This document shows, one piece after another, positions 48,675-59,255 of a stretch of 64,000 nucleotides of DNA. This stretch comes from an uncultured bacterium. Its GTDB lineage: Bacteria; Hydrothermota; UBA3073; NMUJ01; CBEVQO01. The stretch is taken from positions 192,001-256,000 of the forward strand of contig CBEVQO010000002.1 of assembly GCA_965552055.1 (NCBI GenBank), given 5' to 3'. A program made the position numbers and the translations under genes. Position 1 is the stretch's first letter. Every line of letters starts with the position of its first letter. A model generated the notes under the pieces. That model was not told where the DNA came from, searched no databases, and saw only the letters and a program-made list of their open reading frames with translations.

Positions 48675-49043
48675 TCACACTACCATACTTGCAAGCGAAG
48701 CAATTTTAGCAAAACCTTTTTCCCTTACTTCTTTTGGAATAGGTCCAAACACCCTTGTACCAACCGGTTCACCTGTAGGCTGTAGCAATACACATGCATT
48801 ATCATCGAACTTTACATAAGAACCATCTTTCCTTCGAAATTCCTTTGCAGTCCGCACAACAACAGCCCTGTGAATAGTACCAACTTTTATGTTACTGCTC
48901 GGTAAGGCTTCTTTCACCGTAACAGTGATTATATCACCGACATAAGCATAGCGCTTATAACTGTATCCCGGTATCCCTATGCATCTCACGAGTTTTGCAC
49001 CTGAATTATCGGCAACCACCAAATTTGTCATCCTAGCAATCAT
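48675..49043 (-). CDS. rplN: 50S ribosomal protein uL14
   Basis: ADNSGAK, FDDNA, GTRVFGP. Confidence 0.97.
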   Translation of the reverse strand: MIARMTNLVVADNSGAKLVRCIGIPGYSYKRYAYVGDIITVTVKEALPSSNIKVGTIHRAVVVRTAKEFRRKDGSYVKFDDNACVLLQPTGEPVGTRVFGPIPKEVREKGFAKIASLASMVV

Positions 49044-49291
49044 CTCTCTTCTGCCCTTTTCAAAATCTTAATAACTCTAAAATGTTTTGTCTTACTTATC
49101 GGTCGGCATTCCTCTATTAAAACTTCATCACCCATTTTTGCTTCATTATTCGGATTATGGGCAGCGAGTTTCGTGTACTTCTTTATGTATTTCTTATAAA
49201 GAGGATGCTGAACTATTCTCTCAACCTTTACTATCACCGTCTTATCCATTTTATCACTAACAACTATACCTTTAAGCTGTTTTCTCGGCAT
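49040..49291 (-). CDS. rpsQ: 30S ribosomal protein uS17
   Basis: VVSDKMDKT, HPLYKK, CRPISKTK. Confidence 0.97.
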   Translation of the reverse strand: MPRKQLKGIVVSDKMDKTVIVKVERIVQHPLYKKYIKKYTKLAAHNPNNEAKMGDEVLIEECRPISKTKHFRVIKILKRAEER

Positions 49292-49502
49292 TACTCCTCT
49301 CCTTCTCTAATTCCCTTTCTCTTAAAATCGTTAAAATCCTTGCTATCGCCCTCTTTATTAATCTGCGCTTCGCAGTATTGGGTTCTGCTTCAATCTTAAA
49401 TCTCATAGAAAACAACTCTTCTTTCAATTCATTCAATTTAGCACGAAGCTCATCATCCGACATTTCACGCAAATCTTTTGCCTTTAACTTCCAAACCTCC
49501 AT
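49272..49502 (-). CDS. rpmC: 50S ribosomal protein uL29
   Basis: LREMS, ELFSMRF, IARILT. Confidence 0.94.
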   Translation of the reverse strand: MEVWKLKAKDLREMSDDELRAKLNELKEELFSMRFKIEAEPNTAKRRLIKRAIARILTILRERELEKERSNAEKTA

Positions 49503-49921
49503 CACTCAATCAAATATTCTCTCTTAACAAATTTTGTCTTTATCGGCAATTTATAACTTATTTCATCAAAAAGTTCCCTTGCTGTATCTTCATTTATTCC
49601 ACCCAATTCAAACAATATCCTCCCCCTTTTCACCACCGCAACCCAGTATTCTGGCGAGCCCTTACCTTTACCCATTCGAGATTCCGCTGGCTTCTTCGTA
49701 ACAGGTTTATCCGGAAAAATCCTTATCCAGAGTTTGCCCCTGCCTTTCAAAGCCCTTGTTATCGTCAATCTACATGCCTCTATCTGCTGTGCAGTAATCC
49801 ATGCATTCTCCAGTGCCTTTAATCCAAATTCACCAAAGGCAAGTTTGGTACCGCTCTGTGCTATACCTTTACGCCTGCCCCTTTGTTGCTTCCTGTATTT
49901 TACTCTCGATGGCATTAACAT
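49502..49921 (-). CDS. rplP: 50S ribosomal protein uL16
   Basis: [23 protein letters not shown]. Confidence 0.97.
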   Translation of the reverse strand: MLMPSRVKYRKQQRGRRKGIAQSGTKLAFGEFGLKALENAWITAQQIEACRLTITRALKGRGKLWIRIFPDKPVTKKPAESRMGKGKGSPEYWVAVVKRGRILFELGGINEDTARELFDEISYKLPIKTKFVKREYLIE

Positions 49922-50592
49922 TATTCTTCCTCCTTCTTATATTTCCTTACTTCTGCTCTCCCCTTATTTATCCAAACTTTTACCCCCACAACCCCTGACC
50001 TCGTAACAGCAGGAACATGAGCATAGTCAATATCAGCTGTTAAAGTACCAAGAGCCAGTTTACCCTGTGAATACCATTCTTTGCGAGCAATTTCCGCACC
50101 CGCCAATCTACCTTTACATTGGACTTTCACACCAACTGCACCTGCCTGCATCGCTCGCATAACCGCCTGCTTCATAACTCTTCTGTAAAAAACACGACGC
50201 TCTATCTGACGGGCAATATTTTGTGCAACCAAAAAGGCATCAAGGTCGGGTTCTGCAATCTCTCTAACTTCAACATTAACATTAACATCTTTACCTGAAG
50301 TTTCCTTTGCAAGAACCTTTAATTCCTCTTCTAATTTCTGAGCAGATGCTCCTCGCCTTCCAACAACCATACCCGGACGGGCAGTGTGAATCGTTACATT
50401 AAGCTCTCCCCTTGTCCTCCTTATCTCTATCTTTGAAATCGCAGCATTCTTAAACCTCTCATTAATATACTCCCTAATTCTATGGTCCTCATAAATTAAC
50501 TTTGCTATATCTCCGGGTTTAGCAATCCATTTCGATAACCAGTCTTTTGTTATCCCTAATCTAAAACCATAAGGATGAACTTTTTGACCCAT
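49921..50592 (-). CDS. rpsC: 30S ribosomal protein uS3
   Basis: [27 protein letters not shown]. Confidence 0.97.
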   Translation of the reverse strand: MGQKVHPYGFRLGITKDWLSKWIAKPGDIAKLIYEDHRIREYINERFKNAAISKIEIRRTRGELNVTIHTARPGMVVGRRGASAQKLEEELKVLAKETSGKDVNVNVEVREIAEPDLDAFLVAQNIARQIERRVFYRRVMKQAVMRAMQAGAVGVKVQCKGRLAGAEIARKEWYSQGKLALGTLTADIDYAHVPAVTRSGVVGVKVWINKGRAEVRKYKKEEE

Positions 50593-50948
50593 TATTCTTC
50601 TTCCTCCTCTTCAAATTCCTTCACTATTGCCGTTACATGACTATAGCGCCTCTTTTTAATATCAATCCTTCCATGACCCCTTGGATTTATCCTCTTCAAA
50701 ATGGGACCTGTATCAACTTTCACAAATACCCTTACATCATCCTCATCTATTTCTTCAGGTGCTTTCTTATATTTTAAATTTGCAAAGGCAGATAATATTG
50801 TTTTCAACACAACTTTTGCCCTTGGACTCGATGCATACTCCAAAACAGCTCTTGCCTGTCTAACCGTCATACCCTTAACTGCATCAGCATATTTCTTAAA
50901 TTTACGATAAGAGCCCCGCACAAAGCGTGCAATAGCTTTCGCCTCCAT
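50592..50948 (-). CDS. rplV: 50S ribosomal protein uL22
   Basis: AKAIARFVR, GPILKR..PRGHGR, SHVT. Confidence 0.94.
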   Translation of the reverse strand: MEAKAIARFVRGSYRKFKKYADAVKGMTVRQARAVLEYASSPRAKVVLKTILSAFANLKYKKAPEEIDEDDVRVFVKVDTGPILKRINPRGHGRIDIKKRRYSHVTAIVKEFEEEEEE

Positions 50949-51256
50949 CAGCCACCCCTTGCCCTCTGACGCGCCTTACGAGCAGATGCCATCTTTGTAC
51001 CACCATGTCCTCCAAATTTGCGTGTAGGAGCAAATTCACCAAGTTTATGACCTATCATCTCAGCAGTAACATAAACAGGAATAAAATCTTTACCATTATG
51101 CACAAGAAATGTATGACCTACAAAATCAGGGACTATCGTTGACCTCCTCGACCATGTCTTTATGGGTTCTTTTTTGCCTGCTTCATTCAATTTTTGAACT
51201 TTTTTCAACAATTTAGGGTCAACATAAACTCCCTTTTTCTTCGATCTTCTACCCAT
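50948..51256 (-). CDS. rpsS: 30S ribosomal protein uS19
   Basis: [24 protein letters not shown]. Confidence 0.97.
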   Translation of the reverse strand: MGRRSKKKGVYVDPKLLKKVQKLNEAGKKEPIKTWSRRSTIVPDFVGHTFLVHNGKDFIPVYVTAEMIGHKLGEFAPTRKFGGHGGTKMASARKARQRARGG

Positions 51257-52080
51257 TATTCATACCTCCTCTTAATTATAAATCTTGATGATGGCTTTCT
51301 CTTTTTCCTTGTTCTGTAGCCCTTTGCAAGCACACCTGTGGGTGATTGAGGTAAATGCCCTTTACTTCTTCCCTCTCCTCCTCCCATCGGATGGTCAACG
51401 GGATTCATAACAACTCCCCTGACCTTCGGACGCCTGCCAAGCCACCTTGTTCTACCTGCCTTGCCCAAAATTATCTCATCATGATAAAGCTTCGAAACTC
51501 TTCCAATCGTTGCATAACATTTTAAATGAATCATTCTTATTTCGCCGGATGGCAACTTAACATGAGCATAATTTCCTTCTTTGGATAAAATCTGGGCATA
51601 AGTGCCTGCTGCACGAACAAGTTGACCGCCTCTCCCGGGCGTCAACTCTATATTGTGAATTTCTACACCTTCGGGTATTTTCTCAAGGGGTAATGCATTT
51701 CCTACTTCAAGCGGTGCATCAGGTCCCTGTGTTATCCTCTGACCCAATCTCAACCCATGCGGTGCAATTATGTAGCGCTTCTCACCATCCTCATATTCAA
51801 CAAGTGCAATCCTGGCAGACCTGTTGGGGTCATATTCAATCGCCTTAACAACTGCCCATTCTCCTATCCTATCGCGTTTGAAATCAATTATCCTGTATTT
51901 CCTTTTATGACCGCCACCCCTGTGCCTGCAGGTAATCCTACCCTGATTATTCCTTCCACCTGTTTTCTTTAACGGCTCACAGAGAGATTTCTCAGGCTCA
52001 AACTTCGTAATATCCGAAAAATCATCATAAGTTTGATATCGCCTTGTTGGTGTATATGGCGTATATTTCTTAATACCCAT
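51256..52080 (-). CDS. rplB: 50S ribosomal protein uL2
   Basis: [34 protein letters not shown]. Confidence 0.98.
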   Translation of the reverse strand: MGIKKYTPYTPTRRYQTYDDFSDITKFEPEKSLCEPLKKTGGRNNQGRITCRHRGGGHKRKYRIIDFKRDRIGEWAVVKAIEYDPNRSARIALVEYEDGEKRYIIAPHGLRLGQRITQGPDAPLEVGNALPLEKIPEGVEIHNIELTPGRGGQLVRAAGTYAQILSKEGNYAHVKLPSGEIRMIHLKCYATIGRVSKLYHDEIILGKAGRTRWLGRRPKVRGVVMNPVDHPMGGGEGRSKGHLPQSPTGVLAKGYRTRKKRKPSSRFIIKRRYE

Positions 52081-52081
52081 T

Positions 52082-52369
52082 TTACACCTCGAACACCGGT
52101 ATTTTATCCCCTTCTTTCAATTTCACTATTGCCTTTTTCCACTTTGAAGTATAACCCCAGAACCAGCCCCTTCTTTTGGGCTTCGGTTTAACAATCATCG
52201 TGTTAACTTTCTCAACTCTCACTTTAAAAAGCTCCTCGATTGCCTTTTTTATCTCAATTTTATTCGCATCCATTGCTACTTTGAATGTATATTTATTTTC
52301 TTTATCTTTCAATCTCAAAGTTTTTTCAGTTATTATCGGTTCCAGTATTATGTCCCTCGGGTCTCGCAC
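52082..52369 (-). CDS. rplW: 50S ribosomal protein uL23
   Basis: [24 protein letters not shown]. Confidence 0.96.
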   Translation of the reverse strand: MRDPRDIILEPIITEKTLRLKDKENKYTFKVAMDANKIEIKKAIEELFKVRVEKVNTMIVKPKPKRRGWFWGYTSKWKKAIVKLKEGDKIPVFEV

Positions 52370-52997
52370 AGTACACCTCCTCTAATTTATCAAGTGCAGG
52401 CAAAGTAAAAACCACAGTATCCGCAAGCAAAACATCAAGAGCATTTATACCGGGAACAAGACCAAACATCACTCCTTCGATATTCCTGCCAGATTTCCTC
52501 ACATTGTCATCCCACCTATCAAACAAAAACAATTTCTTTTTACCATCTTCATATAATCCAAGATTTTCCATAATTTTCTTAAAGGTCTTTGTCCTGGGTT
52601 CTGAAATTTCTATTTTATCCACGAGAATAATTTTCCCTGCTTTTGCTTTGTAAGAGAGAGCGCTGAATAAAGCCAATCTTCTCTTTTTCTTCGGTATCCA
52701 GTAATGCCAGTCACGGGGTTTGGGACCAAACACAACCCCTCCGTGCCTCCACAGCGGTGACCTTATAGAACCTGCACGAGCCCTACCAGTATGTTTTTGA
52801 GGCCAGGGCTTCCTACCTCCTCCGCTTACTTCTGCCCTCGTTTTGGTAGAAGCAGTACCCTGACGCTTATTAGCCTGATACATGCAAACTGCTTCATAAA
52901 TCACCACATCATTCGGCTTAATCTCAAAAATCTCCGACGGTAAACGCCTCTTGCCAACTATTTCTCCATTCTGATTATATACATTCAACTCAATCAT
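52326..52997 (-). CDS. rplD: 50S ribosomal protein uL4
   Basis: [33 protein letters not shown]; start likely ATG 52997. Confidence 0.97.
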   Translation of the reverse strand: MIELNVYNQNGEIVGKRRLPSEIFEIKPNDVVIYEAVCMYQANKRQGTASTKTRAEVSGGGRKPWPQKHTGRARAGSIRSPLWRHGGVVFGPKPRDWHYWIPKKKRRLALFSALSYKAKAGKIILVDKIEISEPRTKTFKKIMENLGLYEDGKKKLFLFDRWDDNVRKSGRNIEGVMFGLVPGINALDVLLADTVVFTLPALDKLEEVYCARPEGHNTGTDNN

Positions 52998-53052
52998 ACC
53001 AGTTTTATAAATACTCAAAATACTAATTTGTCAAGAATTTTTTTAAGAAAAT

Positions 53053-54267
53053 TTAATGATTTTCTATCTCTTCTTTTATGACTTTTGATAATCTTTTAAC
53101 TCCTTCAACGATTTGTTCCATCGTAGGATAAGAGAAGTTTATCCTCATAGTATTGTGACCGCTTCCATCGCAATGAAATGCACTCCCCACGATATATGCC
53201 ACTTTATTCTCTATCGCTTTTTTAAACATTTTATCACTATCAATGAACTCCGGCAATGTAATCCATAAAAATAGTCCGCCTTCTGGTCTAGTCCATTTCA
53301 CTTTATCTTTTGGCATAAATTGATCGAGTGCGGAAAGCATACAGTTGCGTTTATCCCTGTATCTAACAACGAGCTTTGTAATATGGGGCTTTAAGCGACC
53401 TTCTTTCATTATTTCATAAACGATAGCCTGATTGAATTCGGGTGAACATAAATCCGTTGCCTGCTTTGCAATTACAAGCTTATCTATCACCTTTTTATCG
53501 GCAACAACATAACCCATTCTCAAACCGGGGAACAAAATCTTACTGAAAGTAAATAACGAAATAACCCTTCTCCTATCTGCAAGCTTAAAGAATGATGGCT
53601 GATGCTCACCACTATATCTTAACTCTTTGTAAGGAGTATCTTCAACTATCAATAGGTCATATTTTTCTGCAATTTCTATTATTTTTTTCCTCCTCTTCAG
53701 GGGAATAGTAACACCTGCTGGATTCTGGAAATCTGGCACGATATAAATAAATTTTATTCTCTCGCCTTTTTTCTCCAATTCTTTAATTTTTTCTTCAAGT
53801 AATTCTGGCACCATACCGTTTTCATCGAGCCTTACCCCGTATAACTTCGCCGAATAGGCGCGAAATGCAGCGATACCACCAAGATAACTGGGTAAACCCA
53901 TAATGACAGCATCTCCCTCATCTATGAAAATCTTCGACACAAGGTCCAAACCCTGCTGCGATGCATTTGTTATCAAAACATTATCAGGTGAAATATCAAT
54001 ACCCTCTTTTTCATGTAGCCATTTGCATATTTCCTCTCTCAAACCAAGATGACCTTCTGTTGGTCCGTATTGCAATGCTCTTTTACCATAATTTGTTAAA
54101 ACTTTTGCAGATACTTCTTTTACCATCTCAATGGGGAAAAGAGTGGGGTCTGGCATCCCTCCTCCAAAGGATATTATATCGGGTTTTGCTACAAGTTTCA
54201 AAAGTTCACGAATCTCCGACCGCCTCATGCTCCTTGTCCTGAAAGCAAGTTTTTCTTCGAACATCAT
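53053..54267 (-). CDS. PLP-dependent class I/II aminotransferase (LysN/2-aminoadipate transaminase-like)
   Basis: ISFGGGMPD, ALQYG.TEG, DFQNPAG, EDTPY, FSKILFPGLRMG, GGLFLW. Confidence 0.9.
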   Translation of the reverse strand: MMFEEKLAFRTRSMRRSEIRELLKLVAKPDIISFGGGMPDPTLFPIEMVKEVSAKVLTNYGKRALQYGPTEGHLGLREEICKWLHEKEGIDISPDNVLITNASQQGLDLVSKIFIDEGDAVIMGLPSYLGGIAAFRAYSAKLYGVRLDENGMVPELLEEKIKELEKKGERIKFIYIVPDFQNPAGVTIPLKRRKKIIEIAEKYDLLIVEDTPYKELRYSGEHQPSFFKLADRRRVISLFTFSKILFPGLRMGYVVADKKVIDKLVIAKQATDLCSPEFNQAIVYEIMKEGRLKPHITKLVVRYRDKRNCMLSALDQFMPKDKVKWTRPEGGLFLWITLPEFIDSDKMFKKAIENKVAYIVGSAFHCDGSGHNTMRINFSYPTMEQIVEGVKRLSKVIKEEIENH

Positions 54268-54358
54268 CCCCTCCTTTTCCCTTAATTTTAAATGAAATTT
54301 GATTTTGTAAAGAAAAAATTTTTAAATTGACAAAGAAATTGCTTAATTATTATTAGAG

Positions 54359-55996
54359 ATGAATGACTTTGACAGGGAAATAGAAATCTCCAAAAATATA
54401 TTTCAGAATATTTTGACAAATTGGAAGAAAGATTCCCGGGTGGTAATTTACTTTCCAGAGATAAAGAAAAAAGTTCCGCAAAATTACTGGCTGGGTGTAG
54501 GTGCACTTAACTGGACTGGCATGGCAGAAGGAGTAACAGGTTTGCTAACGGAATATGGACTTGATATAGCTTCGATACACGGAACCATACAAAAGATTGG
54601 CAGAACACCCATTGGTTTGCTTTCACTCGCAATAAACATCAAATCAAAGAAAGACCTCGAAAAATTAGAAGATAAACTCCCGGAAATAAAAGAGAAAATA
54701 ACAAAGATATCGAGAAGGACTACAAAAAAGAGTGAACTTCTGGCACATGAAACAAGAAAAATAGAAAGATTTGATGATGTTATGGAAATTTTCGAAAAGA
54801 AATATAAAAGGGTACCTTCTGGCTTGATTACTGAAGCCGTCAAATTCTTTATAGCGCGTACAGAGGCGTATCTTACAGAGAGAAAACCAGAAGACCTCGC
54901 AAAGATAATATCGATGAATTACAGATTGATAAACAGGGTAAACAGAAGTGGCGGGGAACCGCAGGTCGATGCACATCATCTTGAAACTGTAAAGGAAAAA
55001 CTAACAGGAGTAACTGTTGCTGGCTTCGATAAAGATATCACTCTGGCAGATGTCCTTGAAGGAATCGCAGATGCAATACCTGACTATGTAATCAAATACA
55101 ACAAAGAATTTACAACACCCGACGGAATACTTGTATGCAGGATAGAGCTCGATGGATTCCTGCCTCTCAAAAAATTGAAGACATCGATAAAAAGGAGACT
55201 TAAAATAAGGGAAATCGAGAGAATCAGATATTGTGAGCTATTCGGTGGAATCGAGCATTTAGCACGCGCAATCTTACCTGTATTAATAAGAGATTACGAC
55301 CAATCAAAAATAACCCAGGTATCGATAAATCCCTGTGCAATATCTCCCAAAGAAATAACATTAAAAATCCTCATAGTAGGTAAGGACTATGACCCGAAAC
55401 TTTGTGTAGCATCTCTCAGCAGGATAAAGGGCTTCGTTGTAAGGGGATATGAAACACCCCAAACTTTAAAGAGAACGGTTTGCTTCATAGACCTTGTAGT
55501 AAACGCAAAACAATTTCCAAATCCAGAGCGAATACACACCGAAATAAAAAAGGCACTCAAAAATGTTATCGGAGAATTCAGAGATTTCGATGAAGGAATG
55601 AGAACAGAAGATACAAAGCGATTCGAAAATCTAAAACAAAATTTACCAACTATACCAAGAGACCTTCTAAAAAAGATATACTATGGACTCGAAGATTTTT
55701 ATAGATTAACTTTTGATGAAGAGGAAATAAGAGAAATAGTCAGGATTGGACTTTCTCTTTTGCCAAAAGAAAAAGGAATGGAAATCGTAAGATTAAATGG
55801 TGCTACACTCGTTGGCATTGCACAAAACGAAGATATCTTTAATTTGCTTATCCATAAGCTGAAAAATTATGAAAACATTGTAAATCACATAATATTTGGA
55901 AGAAAGCACATTTATTTAGTGAGAATCTCAAAGAATAATCAATCTGTCCCCGAAGAAGAGATAAAATCTTTCTTGACTTTTCTGGAAAATGCATAA
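54359..55996 (+). CDS. Hypothetical protein, possibly with multiple ACT-like domains
   Basis: 545-aa ORF with its own promoter; GMAEGVTGLLTEYGLDIASIHG is ACT-like. Confidence 0.55.
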   Translation: MNDFDREIEISKNIFQNILTNWKKDSRVVIYFPEIKKKVPQNYWLGVGALNWTGMAEGVTGLLTEYGLDIASIHGTIQKIGRTPIGLLSLAINIKSKKDLEKLEDKLPEIKEKITKISRRTTKKSELLAHETRKIERFDDVMEIFEKKYKRVPSGLITEAVKFFIARTEAYLTERKPEDLAKIISMNYRLINRVNRSGGEPQVDAHHLETVKEKLTGVTVAGFDKDITLADVLEGIADAIPDYVIKYNKEFTTPDGILVCRIELDGFLPLKKLKTSIKRRLKIREIERIRYCELFGGIEHLARAILPVLIRDYDQSKITQVSINPCAISPKEITLKILIVGKDYDPKLCVASLSRIKGFVVRGYETPQTLKRTVCFIDLVVNAKQFPNPERIHTEIKKALKNVIGEFRDFDEGMRTEDTKRFENLKQNLPTIPRDLLKKIYYGLEDFYRLTFDEEEIREIVRIGLSLLPKEKGMEIVRLNGATLVGIAQNEDIFNLLIHKLKNYENIVNHIIFGRKHIYLVRISKNNQSVPEEEIKSFLTFLENA

Positions 55997-56004
55997 TATT
56001 AAAT

Positions 56005-56508
56005 GTGAAAAGGTTTTTGAAAATACTCATTATTTTTATAGTATTCGGATGCCAGTCGAGGAATTTTAAAGAAATTGATAAAAATTTGCCTGATGAAGAA
56101 ATTTCAAATTTTAAAGTTCTATATTCTGTAAATGGAATAAGGAGATGGGAGTTATGTGCCGGGCATGCATTTTCTTTTGGCGATACCACACTTATTTACG
56201 GAGTTACGCTTTCAATTTACGATTCACTTGGTAATTTTGACCTCAAAATAACAGCGGACAGCGGAATCCTGTATCAAAATAACATGGAAGCACTAGGAAA
56301 TGTTACAGCAATATCTAAAGACTCTATTATTCTTAAAACCCATAAATTACAGTGGATAGATGATGTGAAGAAAGTTTATTCTCCCGAAGTTTTAATAATA
56401 AAAGAAGGCAAAAGAATAAGGGGAAAAGATTTTGAAAGCGACCAGACACTCAGCAAAATAAAAATGAGGAGCATTTATGGTGCTGGCAATGATACTTGCG
56501 ATAAATAA
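56005..56508 (+). CDS. lptC: LPS export ABC transporter periplasmic protein LptC
   Basis: Beta-jellyroll pattern ITADSG..GNV..LKTHKLQW; precedes lptA/lptB. Confidence 0.8.
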   Translation: MKRFLKILIIFIVFGCQSRNFKEIDKNLPDEEISNFKVLYSVNGIRRWELCAGHAFSFGDTTLIYGVTLSIYDSLGNFDLKITADSGILYQNNMEALGNVTAISKDSIILKTHKLQWIDDVKKVYSPEVLIIKEGKRIRGKDFESDQTLSKIKMRSIYGAGNDTCDK

Positions 56509-57208
56509 GATGAAAGCAGATTCTATAATTTACAGTAAGAATGCGATAAAATTACTGGGAAATGTGAAACTGTGTACGGAAGATACAATGACAATAAATT
56601 GCCCGGAAGCAGTCATAAAAGGCGATACCATAATTTTTGCAAAAGGTTTTTTCGTGCAAAAAGGCAAAACAAAGTGTAAATCTAAATTCGCAAAATGCTC
56701 GGGAAATATTACAGAACTTAACGATTTTGAAATTGTATCGGAAAATATTAAGATAAAAGCAAAATATGGGATTTATTACAGAAAAGAAAATGCTTTTAAA
56801 TTCACAGAAAATATCTATTATCAGGATACTTTGAATCGAATAAGAATTGAAGGTGATACTGGCTTTTATTCTTTAAAAACCAAATCAGGCTGGATAAAGA
56901 ATGGCACTTTCTTTAGCGAAATAGATTCTGCCTATCTTTCTTCTAACATCTTAAAAATCAAAGGAGATACTCTCGCGATAGGTACAGGTAACTGCATTTT
57001 TAAGCAGGGAAGTTATGTATGCAAATCAGAAACCGTTTTTTATTTTCAAAAGAAAGGAATATCTATTTTTTCTCCTCAATCTGTCTTTTATGGCAAAGGA
57101 GATTCCTTATGTGGTAGAAAATTAACTGTATGGCTAAAGGACGGCAAAATACAAAAAGTAGAAATTAAAGGTCCTGTGGAGGGTGTAAAATGGATTACCT
57201 CAAAGTAG
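56477..57208 (+). CDS. LptA/OstA-like beta-jellyroll protein
   Basis: ADSI..LLGNV repeats; located between lptC and lptB. Confidence 0.7.
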   Translation: MVLAMILAINKMKADSIIYSKNAIKLLGNVKLCTEDTMTINCPEAVIKGDTIIFAKGFFVQKGKTKCKSKFAKCSGNITELNDFEIVSENIKIKAKYGIYYRKENAFKFTENIYYQDTLNRIRIEGDTGFYSLKTKSGWIKNGTFFSEIDSAYLSSNILKIKGDTLAIGTGNCIFKQGSYVCKSETVFYFQKKGISIFSPQSVFYGKGDSLCGRKLTVWLKDGKIQKVEIKGPVEGVKWITSK

Positions 57209-57912
57209 AAAATATTGAGAAAAGGTATGGAAAAAGGAAAGTTGTCAACAATGTAAGTCTTGATGTAAAATCAGGTGAAGTCGTTGGCTTACTTGGTCCA
57301 AATGGTGCAGGCAAAACCACAACTTTTTATTCCATAATAGGATTAATAAAACCAGATAAAGGCAAAATTTTTATAAATGATAAAGATATAACGAGATTAC
57401 CTATGTATATGAGAGCAAGGCTTGGTATTGGCTTTTTACCTCAGGAAAGCTCTGTATTTCGCAAATTAACGGTTGAAGAAAATTTACTATGCGTTCTTGA
57501 ATTTATCGAAAAGGATAAGAAAAAAAGGAAAGAGATTGCCGAAAAACTGCTATTACGCTTTGGTATTGCGCATCTCCGTAATAATCTCGCTTATACGCTA
57601 TCAGGAGGCGAAAGAAGAAGAGTAGAGATAGCAAGGGCACTATGCACCAATCCCAGATTTTTACTGATGGATGAACCATTCACAGGGATAGACCCCATTA
57701 CGCAAAAGGAAATTCAAAAAATAATACTTGAACTTAAAGAAGACGGAATAGGAATTTTAATAACGGACCACAATGTAAGGGAAACACTTGAAATAACGGA
57801 CAGAGCATATTTGATGTATGATGGTAGAATCCTGTTGAGTGGCGATAGAGATACTGTGATAAAAGATTTAACTGCAAAAAAAGTTTACTTTGGTGAAGAT
57901 TTTTCAATGTAA
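57190..57912 (+). CDS. lptB: LPS export ABC transporter ATPase
   Basis: GPNGAGKTTTF, LPQESSVFRKL, LSGGERRRVEIARAL, ITDHNVRETL. Confidence 0.96.
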   Translation: MDYLKVENIEKRYGKRKVVNNVSLDVKSGEVVGLLGPNGAGKTTTFYSIIGLIKPDKGKIFINDKDITRLPMYMRARLGIGFLPQESSVFRKLTVEENLLCVLEFIEKDKKKRKEIAEKLLLRFGIAHLRNNLAYTLSGGERRRVEIARALCTNPRFLLMDEPFTGIDPITQKEIQKIILELKEDGIGILITDHNVRETLEITDRAYLMYDGRILLSGDRDTVIKDLTAKKVYFGEDFSM

Positions 57913-57923
57913 AGGGGGGCAAA

Positions 57924-59255
57924 ATGGAGCATCGTCTTGAGCAATCACATGAATTGAGACTGGAATTCCGCTTATCACCACAATTACTCGAAACATTAAA
58001 GATATTGCAAATGCCTAAACTTGACCTTAAGCAATTCATACAGACGAAAATCGAAGAAAATCCTTTTATAGAAAGAGATGAAGAACCCGATGAAACAGAG
58101 ATATCCTTTGAAGAAGAACTAGAAGAAGAATTATTCTCTTACCCGATTTCATTCTCGGTTGAATCAACTCCTCTTGAAGATAGAGAGATGCTAATCGGTG
58201 CAGAAAAAACTTTAAAAGAGCATCTTAAAGAACAGCTCCACATATCTGCGAAGTCACAAAAAGAAATAGAAATAGGAGAATTCATCATAGATAGTCTGGA
58301 CGATGATGGATTCCTGAAAATCAGTTTAAAAGAGATTGCAGATAAATTCGGTGTCAAACCGGAAGAAGTTGATGCAATCAGAAAAAAGATACAAATGTTC
58401 GAACCAGTTGGAACGGCTTCGTTTGATGAAAAAGAATGTATTTTAACGCAATTGAAAGCAAGGGGCTTCAAATCGGAAGAAGCATTAAAAGTATTGAACG
58501 AATTCTTCGAAGAATTACACGAAAAGAAATTTCACAAAATATTGAAAAAAGTTAAAAATATCGACATCGAATTTCTTGAGAATTTATCAAAAACCATCGA
58601 AATATTGAACCCCCATCCCGGTAGAGTTTGGAGCAAGGTAAACGATTATATAAGCCCTGACATTATTATAAAAAAAGTAGGAAATGAATGGATACCAATA
58701 ATAAATGACGAATTTTTACCGAAGATAAAACTTAACAATGTTTATAGAGAATTGCTCGAAAATCCAAAGAGATTCTCAAAAAGAGATAAAGAATTTCTCG
58801 AACAGAAGTACAACGAAGCTAAAGCAATATTAATGGGGATTGAAAAAAGAAGAGAGACATTGCTGGCTATTGCACGCTATATAATTGATAAAGAAAAAGA
58901 ATTCTTTGAAAAAGGCAAAAAATATTTCAAATGTTTGACCCTTGAAGAAGTAGCAAGGGAAATAGGTAGAGACCCTTCTACTGTTTCTCGTGCATGCAAA
59001 GGTAAGTATATACAGACACCTGTTGGCATTTTCGAGCTCTCTGACTTCTTTGGTAGTGGTAAATTTAGAGATTGGGCAGCTATAAGCAACAGGATAAAAG
59101 AATTAATTGAAAAAGAAGATAAAGAACAACCACTTACCGATGAGGAAATCGCCAGAATTCTGCGAAGAGAGGGCTATAACATCGCCCGAACAACCGTTGT
59201 TAAATACAGAAAAATGCTCGGAATACCGGGGTCCCGTGAGCGCAAAAGGAAGTAG
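57924..59255 (+). CDS. rpoN: RNA polymerase sigma-54 factor
   Basis: ENPF, LKEHLKEQL, LDDDGFL, STVSR, variant RpoN box IARTTVVKYR; follows lptB. Confidence 0.92.
   Translation: MEHRLEQSHELRLEFRLSPQLLETLKILQMPKLDLKQFIQTKIEENPFIERDEEPDETEISFEEELEEELFSYPISFSVESTPLEDREMLIGAEKTLKEHLKEQLHISAKSQKEIEIGEFIIDSLDDDGFLKISLKEIADKFGVKPEEVDAIRKKIQMFEPVGTASFDEKECILTQLKARGFKSEEALKVLNEFFEELHEKKFHKILKKVKNIDIEFLENLSKTIEILNPHPGRVWSKVNDYISPDIIIKKVGNEWIPIINDEFLPKIKLNNVYRELLENPKRFSKRDKEFLEQKYNEAKAILMGIEKRRETLLAIARYIIDKEKEFFEKGKKYFKCLTLEEVAREIGRDPSTVSRACKGKYIQTPVGIFELSDFFGSGKFRDWAAISNRIKELIEKEDKEQPLTDEEIARILRREGYNIARTTVVKYRKMLGIPGSRERKRK

Noticed and set aside
52326..52369. 44-nt rplD/rplW overlap as a possible frameshift
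   Set aside because: Both proteins appear complete; long overlaps are frequent throughout this compact genome
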